Below, in pieces: positions 19,718 to 35,247 of a stretch of DNA of 64,000 nucleotides. The position numbers and the translations under genes are program-made. The notes below the pieces were generated by a model that was not told the DNA's origin, searched no databases, and was given only the letters and a program-made list of their open reading frames with translations. Each line of letters opens with the position of its first letter. Position 1 is the first letter of the stretch. Source of the DNA: an uncultured Actinomycetota bacterium (GTDB lineage: Bacteria; Actinomycetota; Thermoleophilia; RBG-16-64-13); contig CAWCLH010000019.1 in NCBI GenBank assembly GCA_963796315.1, forward strand, positions 144,048-208,047. The letters run 5' to 3'.

Positions 19718-20848
19718 ATGGCCGCCACGAAGGACCTGTACGACGTCCTCGGAGTCAAGAAGTCGGCCAGCGCGGACGAGATCAAGAAGGCGTACCGCAA
19801 GCTGGCTCGGAAGTACCACCCCGACGCCAACCCCGACGATCCGAAGGCCGAGGAGCGCTTCAAGGACATCTCCACCGCGTACGAGGTGCTGTCCGACGCG
19901 GAGAAGCGGCGCCAGTACGATGCAGGTCCGCAGACCTTCTTTGGCGGCGGCGGGCCGGGATCGCAGGGCTTCGACCCGCGCGCCTCCGGCAGAGGCTTCG
20001 GCGGGGGTCAGGGGTTCGGCGGCGATTTCGCCGACCTGTTCGGCAACCTCTTCGGCGGGGCCATGGGGTCTCGCGGCCGTCGTCGCCCGGCGGCCGAGGC
20101 GGGTCAGGACCTGCTGGTCGATGTCACCCTCTCGTTCGAGGACGCGTTGAAGGGAGTGACCACCCGGCTCAACGTGCCGAAGACGCAGCAGTGTCCGACG
20201 TGTGGCGGGTCCGGCGCCGCGCCCGGTACGTCGCCGGTCACCTGTCCCGTCTGCCAGGGCCGAGGCGTGGTCAGCCAGTCGCAAGGCGTGTTCGCGCTGT
20301 CGCAGCCCTGTCCCCGCTGCCACGGCAATGGCACGATCATCGAGACGCCCTGCCCCACCTGTCAGGGGACCGGCGTCACTCAGACGGTCAAGAAGTACAG
20401 CGTGCCGATCCCGGCCGGCGTCAAGGACGGCACCAAGCTGCGGCTGAAGGGCAAGGGTGGGGCGGGCGTCCGCGGCGGTCGTCCCGGCGACCTGTTCGTC
20501 GTCATCCACGTCGAGGACAGCCCGCTGTACGATCGGCGGGGCAGCGACCTGCTGATCGACGTGCCGGTCTCCCTGTCCGAGGCCGCCCTGGGGACCACCG
20601 TCCCGGTGCCCACGCCCAATGGTAGAGTGGCGCTCAAGATCCCGGCGGGAGTGAACACCGGGACCATGTTGCGTATCAAGGGCAAGGGGGCGCCCAAGGT
20701 CGGAGACCAAGGCCGAGGAGACCTCCTCGCTCGGGTACACGTGACGACTCCCAAGAACCTGTCCCCCGAGGAGCGCGAGCTGTTAGAGCGATTCGCCGAG
20801 TTGCACCAGGAGGACCCCCGGGTCGGCCTGGAGGGCTGGGCGGTCTGA
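19718..20848 (+). CDS. dnaJ: molecular chaperone DnaJ
   Basis: J domain (KDLYDVLGV...YHPDAN), a G/F-rich region, and four CxxCxGxG zinc motifs. Confidence 0.95.
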   Translation: MAATKDLYDVLGVKKSASADEIKKAYRKLARKYHPDANPDDPKAEERFKDISTAYEVLSDAEKRRQYDAGPQTFFGGGGPGSQGFDPRASGRGFGGGQGFGGDFADLFGNLFGGAMGSRGRRRPAAEAGQDLLVDVTLSFEDALKGVTTRLNVPKTQQCPTCGGSGAAPGTSPVTCPVCQGRGVVSQSQGVFALSQPCPRCHGNGTIIETPCPTCQGTGVTQTVKKYSVPIPAGVKDGTKLRLKGKGGAGVRGGRPGDLFVVIHVEDSPLYDRRGSDLLIDVPVSLSEAALGTTVPVPTPNGRVALKIPAGVNTGTMLRIKGKGAPKVGDQGRGDLLARVHVTTPKNLSPEERELLERFAELHQEDPRVGLEGWAV

Positions 20849-20892
20849 GGAACGAACGAGAGGAGTCCCGCGCGACCTGCGTGTGAGCCACC

Positions 20893-21312
20893 ATGACATC
20901 CGACGAGAGAACACGACCACTCTTCATGATCTCGATAGCGGCGGAGCTTGCGGACATGCACCCGCAGACCCTGCGTCTCTACGAGCGCCGAGGTCTGATA
21001 CGGCCGCGTCGGTCGCTCAAGAAGACGCGACTCTACTCGATGGAGGATGTGGACCGGCTGCGCATCATCCAGCGGCTGACCACGGACATGGGGCTCAACC
21101 TGGCGGGTGTCGAGCGCGTGCTGGAACTGCAGGACGAGGTGGAACGTCTGCAGAAGCGGGTGGCGGCGCTGGAAGCCGACCTGCTCGCCGTTTCTCGGGA
21201 AGCGGAGAAGAAGGCCGAGGAGATCCATCGGTCGTACCGCCGGGAGCTCGTGCCGGTGCCGCGCCGGGAGATCGTGGTGCACATGACCCGGAGCCGGCAG
21301 AAGCGGCGCTGA
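20893..21312 (+). CDS. hspR: MerR-family heat-shock repressor HspR
   Basis: 139 aa. The MerR HTH reads [29 protein letters not shown]. It is the last gene of the dnaK operon, as in actinobacteria. Confidence 0.85.
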   Translation: MTSDERTRPLFMISIAAELADMHPQTLRLYERRGLIRPRRSLKKTRLYSMEDVDRLRIIQRLTTDMGLNLAGVERVLELQDEVERLQKRVAALEADLLAVSREAEKKAEEIHRSYRRELVPVPRREIVVHMTRSRQKRR

Positions 21313-21361
21313 CGCGGCGGGCTCCCGTTGCTTGATCTGAATCACGGAAGCAGGTAGTCAC

Positions 21362-21931
21362 GTGGCAGACCGTCCCATCCTGGCCGAGCCCGACGAGAGT
21401 CGCTGGCCGGATCCCTACCACTGCGCCAACCACCCCTCGCGGGAGACCCGCGTCAGGTGTAGCTCCTGCGGTAAACCCATCTGCCCCGACTGCATGGTCT
21501 ACTCGGCCGTGGGCATCAAGTGCCGCGAGTGCGCCAAGCTGCCCCGATCCGCGCTGATCACCCTCAAGCCGGAGCGGGCGGCCCGGGCAGTCGGGGCCGC
21601 CCTGCTCGTGGGGACGGCGGCGGGTTTCGGCTACTACGTGCTGCTCTCCGGGGTCGGGTTCTTCTTCTTCGCGTATTTCGTGGCGATCGGCATCGGCTAC
21701 CTGGTGGGCGAGGCCGTCTTCCGAGCGAGTGGCTACTACCACGGCAAGGCCACTGCCTGGATCGCGGTGGCCGGCACGGCTTGGGCTTTTCTCTTCCCGC
21801 CGCTGCTGGCGGCGGCCGCGTCCTTCGGTCTCCGTTGGCAGGCCTTCCTGTTCAGCGTGACCGGCCGGGGGATCATGGGCTGGCTCATCCTCGGCATCGC
21901 GGCGTATTTCGCTTACCAGCGCAACCGCTAG
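21362..21931 (+). CDS. B-box-type zinc-finger membrane protein
   Basis: N-terminal CANHPSRETRVRCSSCGKPICPDCMV...KCRECAK is followed by about 4 TM helices. Confidence 0.6.
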   Translation: MADRPILAEPDESRWPDPYHCANHPSRETRVRCSSCGKPICPDCMVYSAVGIKCRECAKLPRSALITLKPERAARAVGAALLVGTAAGFGYYVLLSGVGFFFFAYFVAIGIGYLVGEAVFRASGYYHGKATAWIAVAGTAWAFLFPPLLAAAASFGLRWQAFLFSVTGRGIMGWLILGIAAYFAYQRNR

Positions 21932-21947
21932 GGTAAGGAGACCATCC

Positions 21948-22127
21948 ATGAAGTGGCAGAAGATCAGGGGCTTCGTGTGGGGAGGGCTGCTCGGCGGCCT
22001 CCTGGGCGCCGTGTTGGCCCCGGGTCGACGGCGTCCCCTGAGGCTGGACCCCTCGCTCCGGCACCTGGAGGAGACGCACGCGTTCTCCAGCGCGCCCTGC
22101 TACCGGCCGGACGACCGCTTCACCTAG
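21948..22127 (+). CDS. 59-aa glycine-zipper membrane peptide (below the ORF-track size cutoff)
   Basis: AAGGAG lies 7 nt upstream of ATG 21948. Translation is MKWQKIRGFVWGGLLGGLLGAVLAPGRRRPLRLDPSLRHLEETHAFSSAPCYRPDDRFT, ending at TAG 22125-22127. Confidence 0.45.
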   Translation: MKWQKIRGFVWGGLLGGLLGAVLAPGRRRPLRLDPSLRHLEETHAFSSAPCYRPDDRFT

Positions 22128-22138
22128 GGAGCACCGTC

Positions 22139-22856
22139 ATGGCCGCGACCTTTCACTGGGACCTCCTCGTGCCGACCCACCGGTTCATCTTCGCGCTGGA
22201 GGACGGGCGCGTGGTGGACCTGGGTCTTCCCGGAAGATCTGCCGGCCGACCGCTTCTCGCGCTATCAGGAGAGCAAGGCGCGCTACCCGGTCCACGGCAT
22301 GGTCACCTGGCCGAACACGGTGCTGCTCCGCGGACCGCAGACCGTGGTGGTGGACCCCGGCCTGGACCTCCAGGGCCCGCCGTTGTTGCTGGCGCTGGAA
22401 CGGCTGGGACTGGGCGCCGGTGACGTGGACCTGATCGTCAACACCCACCACCATGGGGACCATACCCAGGCCAACCGTTACTTCCCCGATCGTCCGGTCG
22501 CCGTGCACCGCCTGGAATGTGAACGGTACGGCCAAGAGTGGCTGGGCGCCGAACCTCCACCCTTGCGCCTGCTGGATGGCGACGAGGGCGAGGTGGTCCC
22601 CGGGTTGCGCTTCCTGCTGACCCCCGGCCACACGGACGGCTCGGTCTCGCTGGTGGTCGACTCTCAGGACGGTCGGCTGATCCTGGCCGGGGACACCGTC
22701 GGTCCGCTGCCGCGGTACTTCGAACAGATGGAACTGCCCGCGGGCTTCCCGGGCCGGACGGACCTGCTGCGCAGTTGGCGGCGCATCCGCGAGTGGGCCC
22801 CCGCCCTCCTGGTGCCCGGCCACAACCCTCCTCTCACTTTGGCACTCTCGGAGTAA
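22139..22856 (+). CDS. MBL-fold metallo-hydrolase; +1 frame change needed near 22217-22221 as assembled
   Basis: ATG 22139 (GGGAG upstream) reads MAATFHWDLLVPTHRFIFALEDGRVV. The next frame then continues WVFPEDLPADRF...VTWPNTVLLRGPQTVVVDPGL...NTHHHGDHTQAN (HxHxDH). Confidence 0.7.
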
Positions 22857-22945
22857 GAGTGCCAAAGTCCGCGCCGCGATGATGTTCCCTTTGACGGCCC
22901 GGAACGGTATACTCCTTGTCGACGCCCGATGAGGAGGTGGAGCGC

Positions 22946-23260
22946 GTGCCGACCTACGAGTACCGCTGCGAAGACTGTAACCATCAGTTCGAGCGGTTCC
23001 AGAAGATGTCCGACGAGCCCGTGACCGAGTGCGAGACCTGCGGGGGCAAGGTGCAGCGCGTGTTGTTCCCCGTCGCGGTGCACTTCAAGGGCAGCGGGTT
23101 CTATACCACGGACTATGCCCGCAAGAAGACCCTGGCCGCATCCAGTAACGGCAATGGCAACGGCAACGGTGGGAGCAGCTCCACCGCGGATTCGAGCGAG
23201 AGCTCGTCCTCTGCCAAGAAGGAAGCCACCGTCACCACGCCCGCAGCCAGCAAGGACTGA
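22946..23260 (+). CDS. FmdB-family zinc-ribbon protein with Asn/Gly/Ser-rich tail
   Basis: VPTYEYRCEDCNHQFERFQKMSDEPVTECETCGGKVQRV. GAGGAGGTGG lies upstream of GTG 22946. Confidence 0.8.
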   Translation: MPTYEYRCEDCNHQFERFQKMSDEPVTECETCGGKVQRVLFPVAVHFKGSGFYTTDYARKKTLAASSNGNGNGNGGSSSTADSSESSSSAKKEATVTTPAASKD

Positions 23261-23263
23261 CCC

Positions 23264-29257
<5,994 letters not shown>

Positions 29258-29261
<4 letters not shown>

Positions 29262-30169
29262 GGGACCGCGTATCGTACCAGTCCCCTTGCATCACGACAA
29301 TGACAGCTTCTTCCGAAACGAAAGTGAAGGATGGCTACTGCGGAGGCTGCTCCGCGTCGTGCTCCTCGAAGCAGTAGGCTCCCCTCGGCGGCCGAGACCT
29401 GCACGATGCGGGTGAGACGGGGGAGACCCAGGCGGTCGCGTTCCATGTGCACCACTACCGGCCCGACCCGCTCGATCTCGCCGATGCGGTCCCGGTCGTC
29501 GGCCGCCCACTCCCGCAACGCTTCCTCGGGTCCGGAGGCCTCCAGGGAGGCCAGGGCGCAGAGATGGTCCTTCTGCATCCGCAGGAAGCCGGAGAGGTCC
29601 GCCGGGCGCACGGGTCCGGCCACCACCCAGTCCGGCCGCATGGCGGCGGCCTTCTGGAGCGCCTGGTCGAGGGACGGGTCCGTCTCTCCCGCGGTCAGCC
29701 GCACGCTGAAGCTGCGGTTGGCCAGCCCGGGTAGTTCCTCGCCCCGCTCGACGGCCACGATGCGCTCGTCGATGGGGATCAGCTGGACCACGGCATTGAG
29801 GAGCGTCGATTTGCCCGCCTTGGCCGCGCCGGTCAGCAACAGGCTTCTCTTGGCACCGAGCAGCTGGTTGAGCAACCGGGCCTGCGCCACACTGAGGGAG
29901 CCCGCATCGACCAGGCTTCGGAGCGGTACGTCGAGGATGCGGTCTGGACTCTGTGCGATGGCGTACATGACCGAGGTGCTGGTATCCAGGCTCGAGCTCT
30001 CGCGGAGGTGGTGGGCACCGTACGCCCGGACGAGGGAGCGGATCAACTCGTCCAGCAGGCCCAGGTGGTGCCGTTCCTCCGGCGACGGCTGCAGTTCCTC
30101 CGCGACCTCCGCCGTCATGCGCCCCAGGGCGGCCTCATACGCCAACAGGATGCGTTCGTAGTCGATCAA
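29258..30169 (-). CDS. CpaF/VirB11-like P-loop secretion ATPase homolog (orphan, short)
   Basis: 303 aa. Walker A LLLTGAAKAGKSTLLNAVV followed by IVAVERGEEL. The last 40 or so residues look off-frame, and an alternative frame ends ...AYCFEEHDAEQPPQ. Confidence 0.5.
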
Positions 30170-30260
30170 TTCCCGTCCTTTCCGCCCGCATCGGCTCCGC
30201 CCCTGAGGGCTCGGTGGCCCGGCTACGGCATTCTAACGGTCCGGCTGCGCGAAAGTCCCG

Positions 30261-30647
30261 TCACTCGCGGGCGGCGATACCCTCGATCTCGACCAGGGCG
30301 CCCTTGGGGAGACTCGCCACTCCGACGGTCGACCGGGCGGGACGATTGGTGCCCAGGGCCGCCTCGTAGACGGCGTTCACCTCGGGGAATGACGCCATGT
30401 CCGTCAGGAAGATCGTCGTCTTGACCAGCTCCGCGAGGGAGCTGCCGGCCGCCACCAGGACCGCCCGCAGGTTGTCCAGGGCCTGTCGTGTCTGCTCGGC
30501 GGCCGTCTCGCCGGCCAGCTGCCCGGTGGCGGGGATCAGGCCCAGCTGTCCTGAGGTGAAGACGAGCTTGCCATGGGTCATCGCCTGGCTGTATGGCCCG
30601 ATGGCCGCCGGCGCGTGTGGTGTATGGATGGGGGCCGGTCGCTCCAT
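30261..30647 (-). CDS. ridA: RidA/YjgF family reactive-intermediate deaminase
   Basis: 128 aa from Met89 of the track ORF: APAAIGPYSQAMTHGKLVFTSGQLG...TTIFLTDMASFPEVNAVY...ARSTVGVASLPKGALVEIE. Confidence 0.88.
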   Translation of the reverse strand: MERPAPIHTPHAPAAIGPYSQAMTHGKLVFTSGQLGLIPATGQLAGETAAEQTRQALDNLRAVLVAAGSSLAELVKTTIFLTDMASFPEVNAVYEAALGTNRPARSTVGVASLPKGALVEIEGIAARE

Positions 30648-30713
30648 GGAGAGTCCCTTCGCTCGACTGCCGCGCGGCAGCCCTGCTGTTCGCTGCATGC
30701 TCCCTTTGATACC

Positions 30714-30896
30714 ATGCGCTGCATGGATATGGAGCAGGTGAAGAGCGAAGTGGAGCGGGCGGCTGAAGCGGGTCGGCTGAGCTGTCATGAGGCGCGGGCC
30801 CTCGCCGAGAAGCTGGACGTCGAGTACCGCGAGGTCGGCCAGGCCTGCGACGAGCTCAACGTGAAGATCCAGGCGTGCGAGCTCGGGTGCTTCTGA
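30714..30896 (+). CDS. small Cys-containing protein of unknown function (55-60 aa), ends ...KIQACELGCF
   Basis: In-frame ATGs at 30714, 30723 and 30729. Helical, charged sequence MEQVKSEVERAAEAGRLSCHEARALAEKLDVEYREVGQACDELNVKIQACELGCF. It sits directly upstream of the Moco leader. Confidence 0.4.
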   Translation: MRCMDMEQVKSEVERAAEAGRLSCHEARALAEKLDVEYREVGQACDELNVKIQACELGCF

Positions 30897-30920
30897 CCGT
30901 ACGCTCCGCATCGTGACATA

Positions 30921-30938
30921 GGCGCGCCTAGGCGCGCC
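30921..30938. repeat. perfect 18-bp palindrome GGCGCGCCTAGGCGCGCC
   Basis: Read directly from the sequence; it lies 25 nt after the stop of the small ORF. Could form a hairpin on either strand. Confidence 0.6.
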
Positions 30939-30946
30939 GTCTTATC

Positions 30947-31049
30947 GTCTCCGAGCCCACGCGGCCTACGGACGGTTCCACGTCTATGGTTCTTCGGGCC
31001 GGTAGGGTACAGCCGGAAACGGCCGTGTCTCCCAATGCGGAAAGGAGAC
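30947..31049 (+). promoter_or_regulatory. Moco (molybdenum cofactor) riboswitch-like aptamer
   Basis: - P1 candidate: GTCTCC (30947-30952) pairs with GGAGAC (31044-31049).
- Internal blocks remembered from the Moco RNA motif: CCGAGCC (30951-30957), GCCGGAAAC (31012-31020), CTCCC (31029-31033), AAAGGAG (31041-31047).
- Followed by an intrinsic terminator and by Mo/W transport and Moco biosynthesis genes. Confidence 0.6.
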
Positions 31050-31066
31050 CTCTTTGTGGAGAAGAG

Positions 31067-31092
31067 ACCCGCGCCCCTGGTGCGGGTTTTTT
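31067..31092 (+). terminator. intrinsic terminator (expression platform of the Moco leader)
   Basis: An 8-bp stem CCCGCGCC/GGTGCGGG with a 3-nt loop is followed by TTTTTT (31087-31092). Confidence 0.65.
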
Positions 31093-31176
31093 GCTTCCCT
31101 GCGTCCGAGGCGTCCCCGCCTCGATGCTCGGTCGCTCTCCCGGAGAGCGCTCGACGAGAGGAAGGGATGATTCGCG

Positions 31177-31899
31177 GTGCAGTTCCTCTGGGACTCATTT
31201 CGGGAAGCGCTGCAGCAACTCTTCGCGTTCAACGCGTCCGTCTTCGAGGTCATCGCGCTCTCGCTGCGCGTGTCGGGCATCGCCACCCTGATCTCCACGG
31301 TGATCGGTATGCCGTTCGGCCTGTGGCTCGGACTGACCCACAGCCGGGTCCGTCCGTTGCTGGGGGCGGTGGTCAATACGGGACTCGGTCTGCCTCCCGT
31401 CGTCGTCGGCCTGGCGCTCTTCCTGTTCCTCTCGAGCCGCGGCCCTCTGTCGTCCCTTGACCTTCTCTTCACGCCGCAGGCCATGATCATCGCCCAGGTC
31501 GTCATCGCCTCTCCATACGTGATCGCTCTGACCATGTCGGCCGTGGCCTCCGTCCCCAAGGACGTCCGTCTGCAGGCGTACGGCCTGGGGGCCTCCCGAG
31601 TGCAGGCGCTGTGGCTGGTGGTCAAGTCGGCCCGCGTCTCGTTGATGTCCGCGGTAGCGGCCGGTTTCGGCGCCGTGATCAGCGAGGTGGGCGCGGTGAT
31701 GATCGTCGGAGGCAACATCGCCCAGACCGACCGGAACGTCACCCGGGTGATGACCACCGACATCGTCCGCCGGATGAGCGCCGGCGACTACGGCGGCGCG
31801 CTGGCGCTGGGCATCGTCCTCATCGCCATCGCGTTCCTCATCAACCTGGTCCTGACTCGGCAGCAGTTGGGGCCACGAGGCAGGTGGGTCAACTCGTGA
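31177..31899 (+). CDS. ABC transporter permease, tungstate/molybdate (TupB/ModB-like) type
   Basis: 240 aa with about 5-6 TM helices. Shows ...ALSLRVSGIATLISTVIGMPFGLWL... and ...EVGAVMIVGGNIAQTDRNVTRVMTT.... Located downstream of the Moco leader. Confidence 0.7.
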   Translation: MQFLWDSFREALQQLFAFNASVFEVIALSLRVSGIATLISTVIGMPFGLWLGLTHSRVRPLLGAVVNTGLGLPPVVVGLALFLFLSSRGPLSSLDLLFTPQAMIIAQVVIASPYVIALTMSAVASVPKDVRLQAYGLGASRVQALWLVVKSARVSLMSAVAAGFGAVISEVGAVMIVGGNIAQTDRNVTRVMTTDIVRRMSAGDYGGALALGIVLIAIAFLINLVLTRQQLGPRGRWVNS

Positions 31900-33062
31900 G
31901 CTCGGTCGTCGCCTCGGGAGCGGCCGCCGAGGCGGGGGATACGGCGCCGGCCCTTGAAGGGGAGGGCCTGGTCAAGGCGTACGACGGCCGCACCGTCGTC
32001 GATGTCGAGCACGTGGCGGTGGCGGTGGGCGAGGTCTACGCTCTGTTGGGGCCGAATGGGGCTGGGAAGAGCACGCTCTTTCGGATGCTCGCCCTCTTGG
32101 AGCGTCCCGACGGCGGCCGGATCCGGCATTTCGGTCGGGAGACGCGTGTCCGGGACAGGCAGGCCCGGCGGCGCATCGCCGCCGTGTTCCAACGCCCGGT
32201 CTTCTTCGCCGGCACCGTCAGGGACAACGTGGCCTACGGGCTTCGTCTGCGGCACGAGCACGGGAGCGGGGCTCAGGAACGCGTGGTCTCCGCCCTCGAG
32301 ATGCTCGGGATGGAGGATTTCCTGGAGTCGGACGTCCGCACCCTCTCCGGAGGGGAGCTGCAGCGGGTCGCCTTGGCCCGGGCGTTCGTGCTCGACCCGC
32401 AGCTGCTCTTCCTGGACGAACCCACCAGCAACCTGGATCCCAGTGCCCGCCGCCAGCTGCGCGAGGAGCTGCGCGACATCGTGAGACGGCTGGACATGAC
32501 CGTCGTCCTGATCACCCACGACCAGAACGAGGCCTTCAACCTGGCCGACCGCGTGGGCGTGGTGCGGGCCGGGCGCATCGTGCAGGAAGGGGTGCCGGAC
32601 CAGGTCTTCCGGCAGCCCACGGACAGTTTCGTCGCGGAGTTCATGGGTCTGGAGACGATCTGGGACGGCCGGGTGGAGCGCGTGGAGGAAGGACTCTGTC
32701 TGGTGCGGACGGATGCGGGGGTGCTGGCCGAGGTGGTGGGGGAGGCGCATCCGGGCGAACGGGTCAAGCTGACCATGAGGCCGGAAGACGTCACCCTGGC
32801 CGTCCCCTCCTCCGACGGTCCCCGGTCCAGCGTGCGCAACCGCTGGCGCGGACAGGTGGAGGCGCTGTCGCTGGCGGGCCCGCTGGTGCGCGTCCGCCTG
32901 AGGCTCCGCGACGTGGCCGCGGGGGTCGATCCCCGGGATGCGCTGCTGGTGGCGCTCGTGACCCGTCCCTCCGCCGAGGCGTTGGGCTTGGCCCCGGACG
33001 TGGAGATCGAGGCGCAGGTCAAGGCCACCGCCCTCCACCTGCTGGCCGGAAGCGGACGATGA
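31896..33062 (+). CDS. ABC transporter ATP-binding protein with C-terminal TOBE-like domain
   Basis: GTG 31896 overlaps the permease stop (GTGA). Walker A GPNGAGKST, signature LSGGELQR, Walker B LLFLDEP. The C-terminal NRWRGQVEALSLAGPLVRVRLRL is TOBE-like. Confidence 0.8.
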   Translation: MSSVVASGAAAEAGDTAPALEGEGLVKAYDGRTVVDVEHVAVAVGEVYALLGPNGAGKSTLFRMLALLERPDGGRIRHFGRETRVRDRQARRRIAAVFQRPVFFAGTVRDNVAYGLRLRHEHGSGAQERVVSALEMLGMEDFLESDVRTLSGGELQRVALARAFVLDPQLLFLDEPTSNLDPSARRQLREELRDIVRRLDMTVVLITHDQNEAFNLADRVGVVRAGRIVQEGVPDQVFRQPTDSFVAEFMGLETIWDGRVERVEEGLCLVRTDAGVLAEVVGEAHPGERVKLTMRPEDVTLAVPSSDGPRSSVRNRWRGQVEALSLAGPLVRVRLRLRDVAAGVDPRDALLVALVTRPSAEALGLAPDVEIEAQVKATALHLLAGSGR

Positions 33063-33078
33063 GCGGCGGCATTCCGGA

Positions 33079-34251
33079 GTGGCCCTGGCGATACAGGCCG
33101 GCGGCCTCTCCCGCCGCATGGGCGCGGACAAGGCGTTCGTGCCCTTCGGAGACGGGACCCTCCTGCAGTGGGTGCACGACCGGCTGGCCCCCGCCTTCCG
33201 ACATACGTTCATCGTGGCCAACGACCCGTCCCGCTTCCGGTCGTTCGGACTTCCCGTGGTCACCGATGCGGTCGACCAGGGAGGACCGGCGGTCGGTATC
33301 TACTCGGCGGTGCTGGCCGCTCCGGTCGAACGGGTGCTCTGCGTGGCCTGCGACATGCCGTTCGTCACCGCCCGGTTCCTGCACTGTCTGGCCGAGAGGT
33401 CGGCCGGGTTCGAGGTGTTCCTCCCCCGTCACGGCGGGTTGGTGGAGCCGCTGTGCGCCGTCTACGCCCGTTCCACACTGCCCGCGTTCGAGGCACTCTT
33501 CGCGGAGGGCGAGCGGCGCATCGGCCGTATCTTCCCTCACCTGCGGGTCGGCCATCTCGAGATGGACGGTGGAGCCTTCGGCGATCCGGCCCGGCTGTTC
33601 GCCAACATCAACACGCCCGACGAACTCGCCGCCGCCCGCGCGCTGGCCGCCGGCCGCGATCCCGGTCCGGGCGGGGCCGGCGTGGAGTCAGGCCTTGCTC
33701 TGAACCCGCGGGTGCGGCGGTTCATGGACCGGACGCCGGTGCCGGTGGTGTCCTTCGTCGGCAAGAAGAACTCCGGGAAGACCACGGTGCTGCTCAGGGT
33801 CCTGCGCGAGCTGGTCGCGCGGGGCCATCGCGTCGCGGCCTTGAAGCACGACACGCACGGCTTCGACATCGACCGGCCGGGTACCGACTCCTATCGGCTG
33901 CGCCGGACGGGGGCGGTCGTCACCGGCATCTCCTCACCGGAGACGTACCTCTGGATCAACGACGTCGAGCGCGAACGGACCATCCAAGAACTGGTCCGCT
34001 CGCTGTCCGAACCGGTCGACCTGCTGATCACCGAAGGCTTCAAGCTACAGGACGCTCCCAAGATCGAGGTGTCGCGCCGGGAGCGGAGCACGACGCTGGT
34101 CTGCCGGGAGGACGAGCTGGTGGGGATCGTGAGCGACCAGACGTTCCCCGCCTACGCCGTGCCTCGATTCGAGATGGACGATGCCTCCGGCATCGCCGAC
34201 CTCGTGGAGAGGCGTATCCTTGGTGTCTGTAGGCCAGGAGAACAGGCATGA
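33079..34251 (+). CDS. molybdenum cofactor guanylyltransferase MobA fused to MobB
   Basis: The N-terminus LAIQAGGLSRRMGADKAFVPF is MobA. The C-terminal half VVSFVGKKNSGKTTVLLRVLRELVARGHRVAALKHDTHGFD is the MobB P-loop. Confidence 0.85.
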   Translation: MALAIQAGGLSRRMGADKAFVPFGDGTLLQWVHDRLAPAFRHTFIVANDPSRFRSFGLPVVTDAVDQGGPAVGIYSAVLAAPVERVLCVACDMPFVTARFLHCLAERSAGFEVFLPRHGGLVEPLCAVYARSTLPAFEALFAEGERRIGRIFPHLRVGHLEMDGGAFGDPARLFANINTPDELAAARALAAGRDPGPGGAGVESGLALNPRVRRFMDRTPVPVVSFVGKKNSGKTTVLLRVLRELVARGHRVAALKHDTHGFDIDRPGTDSYRLRRTGAVVTGISSPETYLWINDVERERTIQELVRSLSEPVDLLITEGFKLQDAPKIEVSRRERSTTLVCREDELVGIVSDQTFPAYAVPRFEMDDASGIADLVERRILGVCRPGEQA

Positions 34252-35243
34252 CCCCGTCCCGCGTCATCGTGGATCCCAGCTCGAAGACCCCGCCCCGTCA
34301 GGTGGATTACCTTCGCCTGTCGGTCACCGACCGGTGCAATTTCCGCTGCGTGTACTGCATGCCGCCCGAGGGGGTGCCGTTCAAGGCCTCGCCGGAGATC
34401 CTCCGCTATGAGGAGATGGCCTTCTTCGTCAGGGTGGCCACGAGTATGGGCATCTCCAAGATCCGTCTGACCGGCGGCGAACCGCTGGTCAGAAAGGACC
34501 TACCCAGTCTGGTGGGCATGCTGAAGGCGATCCCCGGTGTCACCGATGTGTCGTTGACCACCAACGGCACCCTGCTGCCGCAGTTCGCCTCCCAACTGGT
34601 CGAGGCCGGACTCGACCGGGTCAACATCAGCCTGGACACGCTCGATCCCGAGCGTTTTCGTCAGCTGACCCGCGGGGGCTCGCTGACCCGGGCTCTGGCC
34701 GGCGTCGAAGCCGCGCTGGCCCACCACCTGGACCCGGTCAAGCTGAACGCCGTCCTTCTCCCGGAGACGCTGGCCGAGCTCGACGCCTTCGTCGCGCTGG
34801 TCCGAGAGCGACCCCTGCACCTGCGCTTCATCGAGTGGATGCCGGTCGGGGGCTGTGGACCGCGGACGGCGGGCGAGTCCGTCAGCAAGGCGGACGTCAC
34901 CGCGGCTCTGGCCCGGCACGGCGAGCTCGAGGCGGTGGCCTCGCCGGGGGGATGGGGACCGGCTGAGTACTTCCGGGTGGCGGGGCATGCCGGCACCATC
35001 GGCTTCATCAGCTCCATGTCCGACCACTTCTGCAGCCGCTGCAACCGGCTGCGGCTGACCGCCGACGGCCGCCTGAAGAGCTGTCTCTTCTCGAGCGAGG
35101 AGATCGACGTGCGACCGGCCATCCGGGCCCACGACGAGGACGAGACGCTGGCGGCCATCCGGCGGTCGCTCGAGGGCAAGACCTACGACAAACGCGTGCT
35201 CCCCGGGCTGACCCGGCGGGGCATGTCCCAGATAGGAGGCTAG
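34248..35243 (+). CDS. moaA: GTP 3',8-cyclase MoaA (radical SAM)
   Basis: [18 protein letters not shown], a C-terminal [20 protein letters not shown], and an ATGA overlap with the upstream gene. Confidence 0.93.
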   Translation: MTPSRVIVDPSSKTPPRQVDYLRLSVTDRCNFRCVYCMPPEGVPFKASPEILRYEEMAFFVRVATSMGISKIRLTGGEPLVRKDLPSLVGMLKAIPGVTDVSLTTNGTLLPQFASQLVEAGLDRVNISLDTLDPERFRQLTRGGSLTRALAGVEAALAHHLDPVKLNAVLLPETLAELDAFVALVRERPLHLRFIEWMPVGGCGPRTAGESVSKADVTAALARHGELEAVASPGGWGPAEYFRVAGHAGTIGFISSMSDHFCSRCNRLRLTADGRLKSCLFSSEEIDVRPAIRAHDEDETLAAIRRSLEGKTYDKRVLPGLTRRGMSQIGG

Positions 35244-35247
35244 ATCG

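Noticed and set aside
21953-22423. A 156-aa ORF upstream of the MBL hydrolase
   Set aside because: Only codons from ATG 22139 to about 22217 look coding (the MBL N-terminus before the frame change). The 5' part overlaps the better-supported 59-aa peptide gene in another frame.
22891-22913. TTGACG plus TATACT as a -35/-10 promoter pair upstream of the FmdB-like gene
   Set aside because: The spacer is only 11 nt, which is incompatible with a sigma-70-type promoter. The TATACT alone may still act as a -10.
23140-23200. A repetitive NGNGNGNG/SSS-coding tract as a possible tandem repeat or contingency locus
   Set aside because: It is a short, in-frame low-complexity tail of the zinc-ribbon protein. 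There is no higher-order DNA repeat structure.
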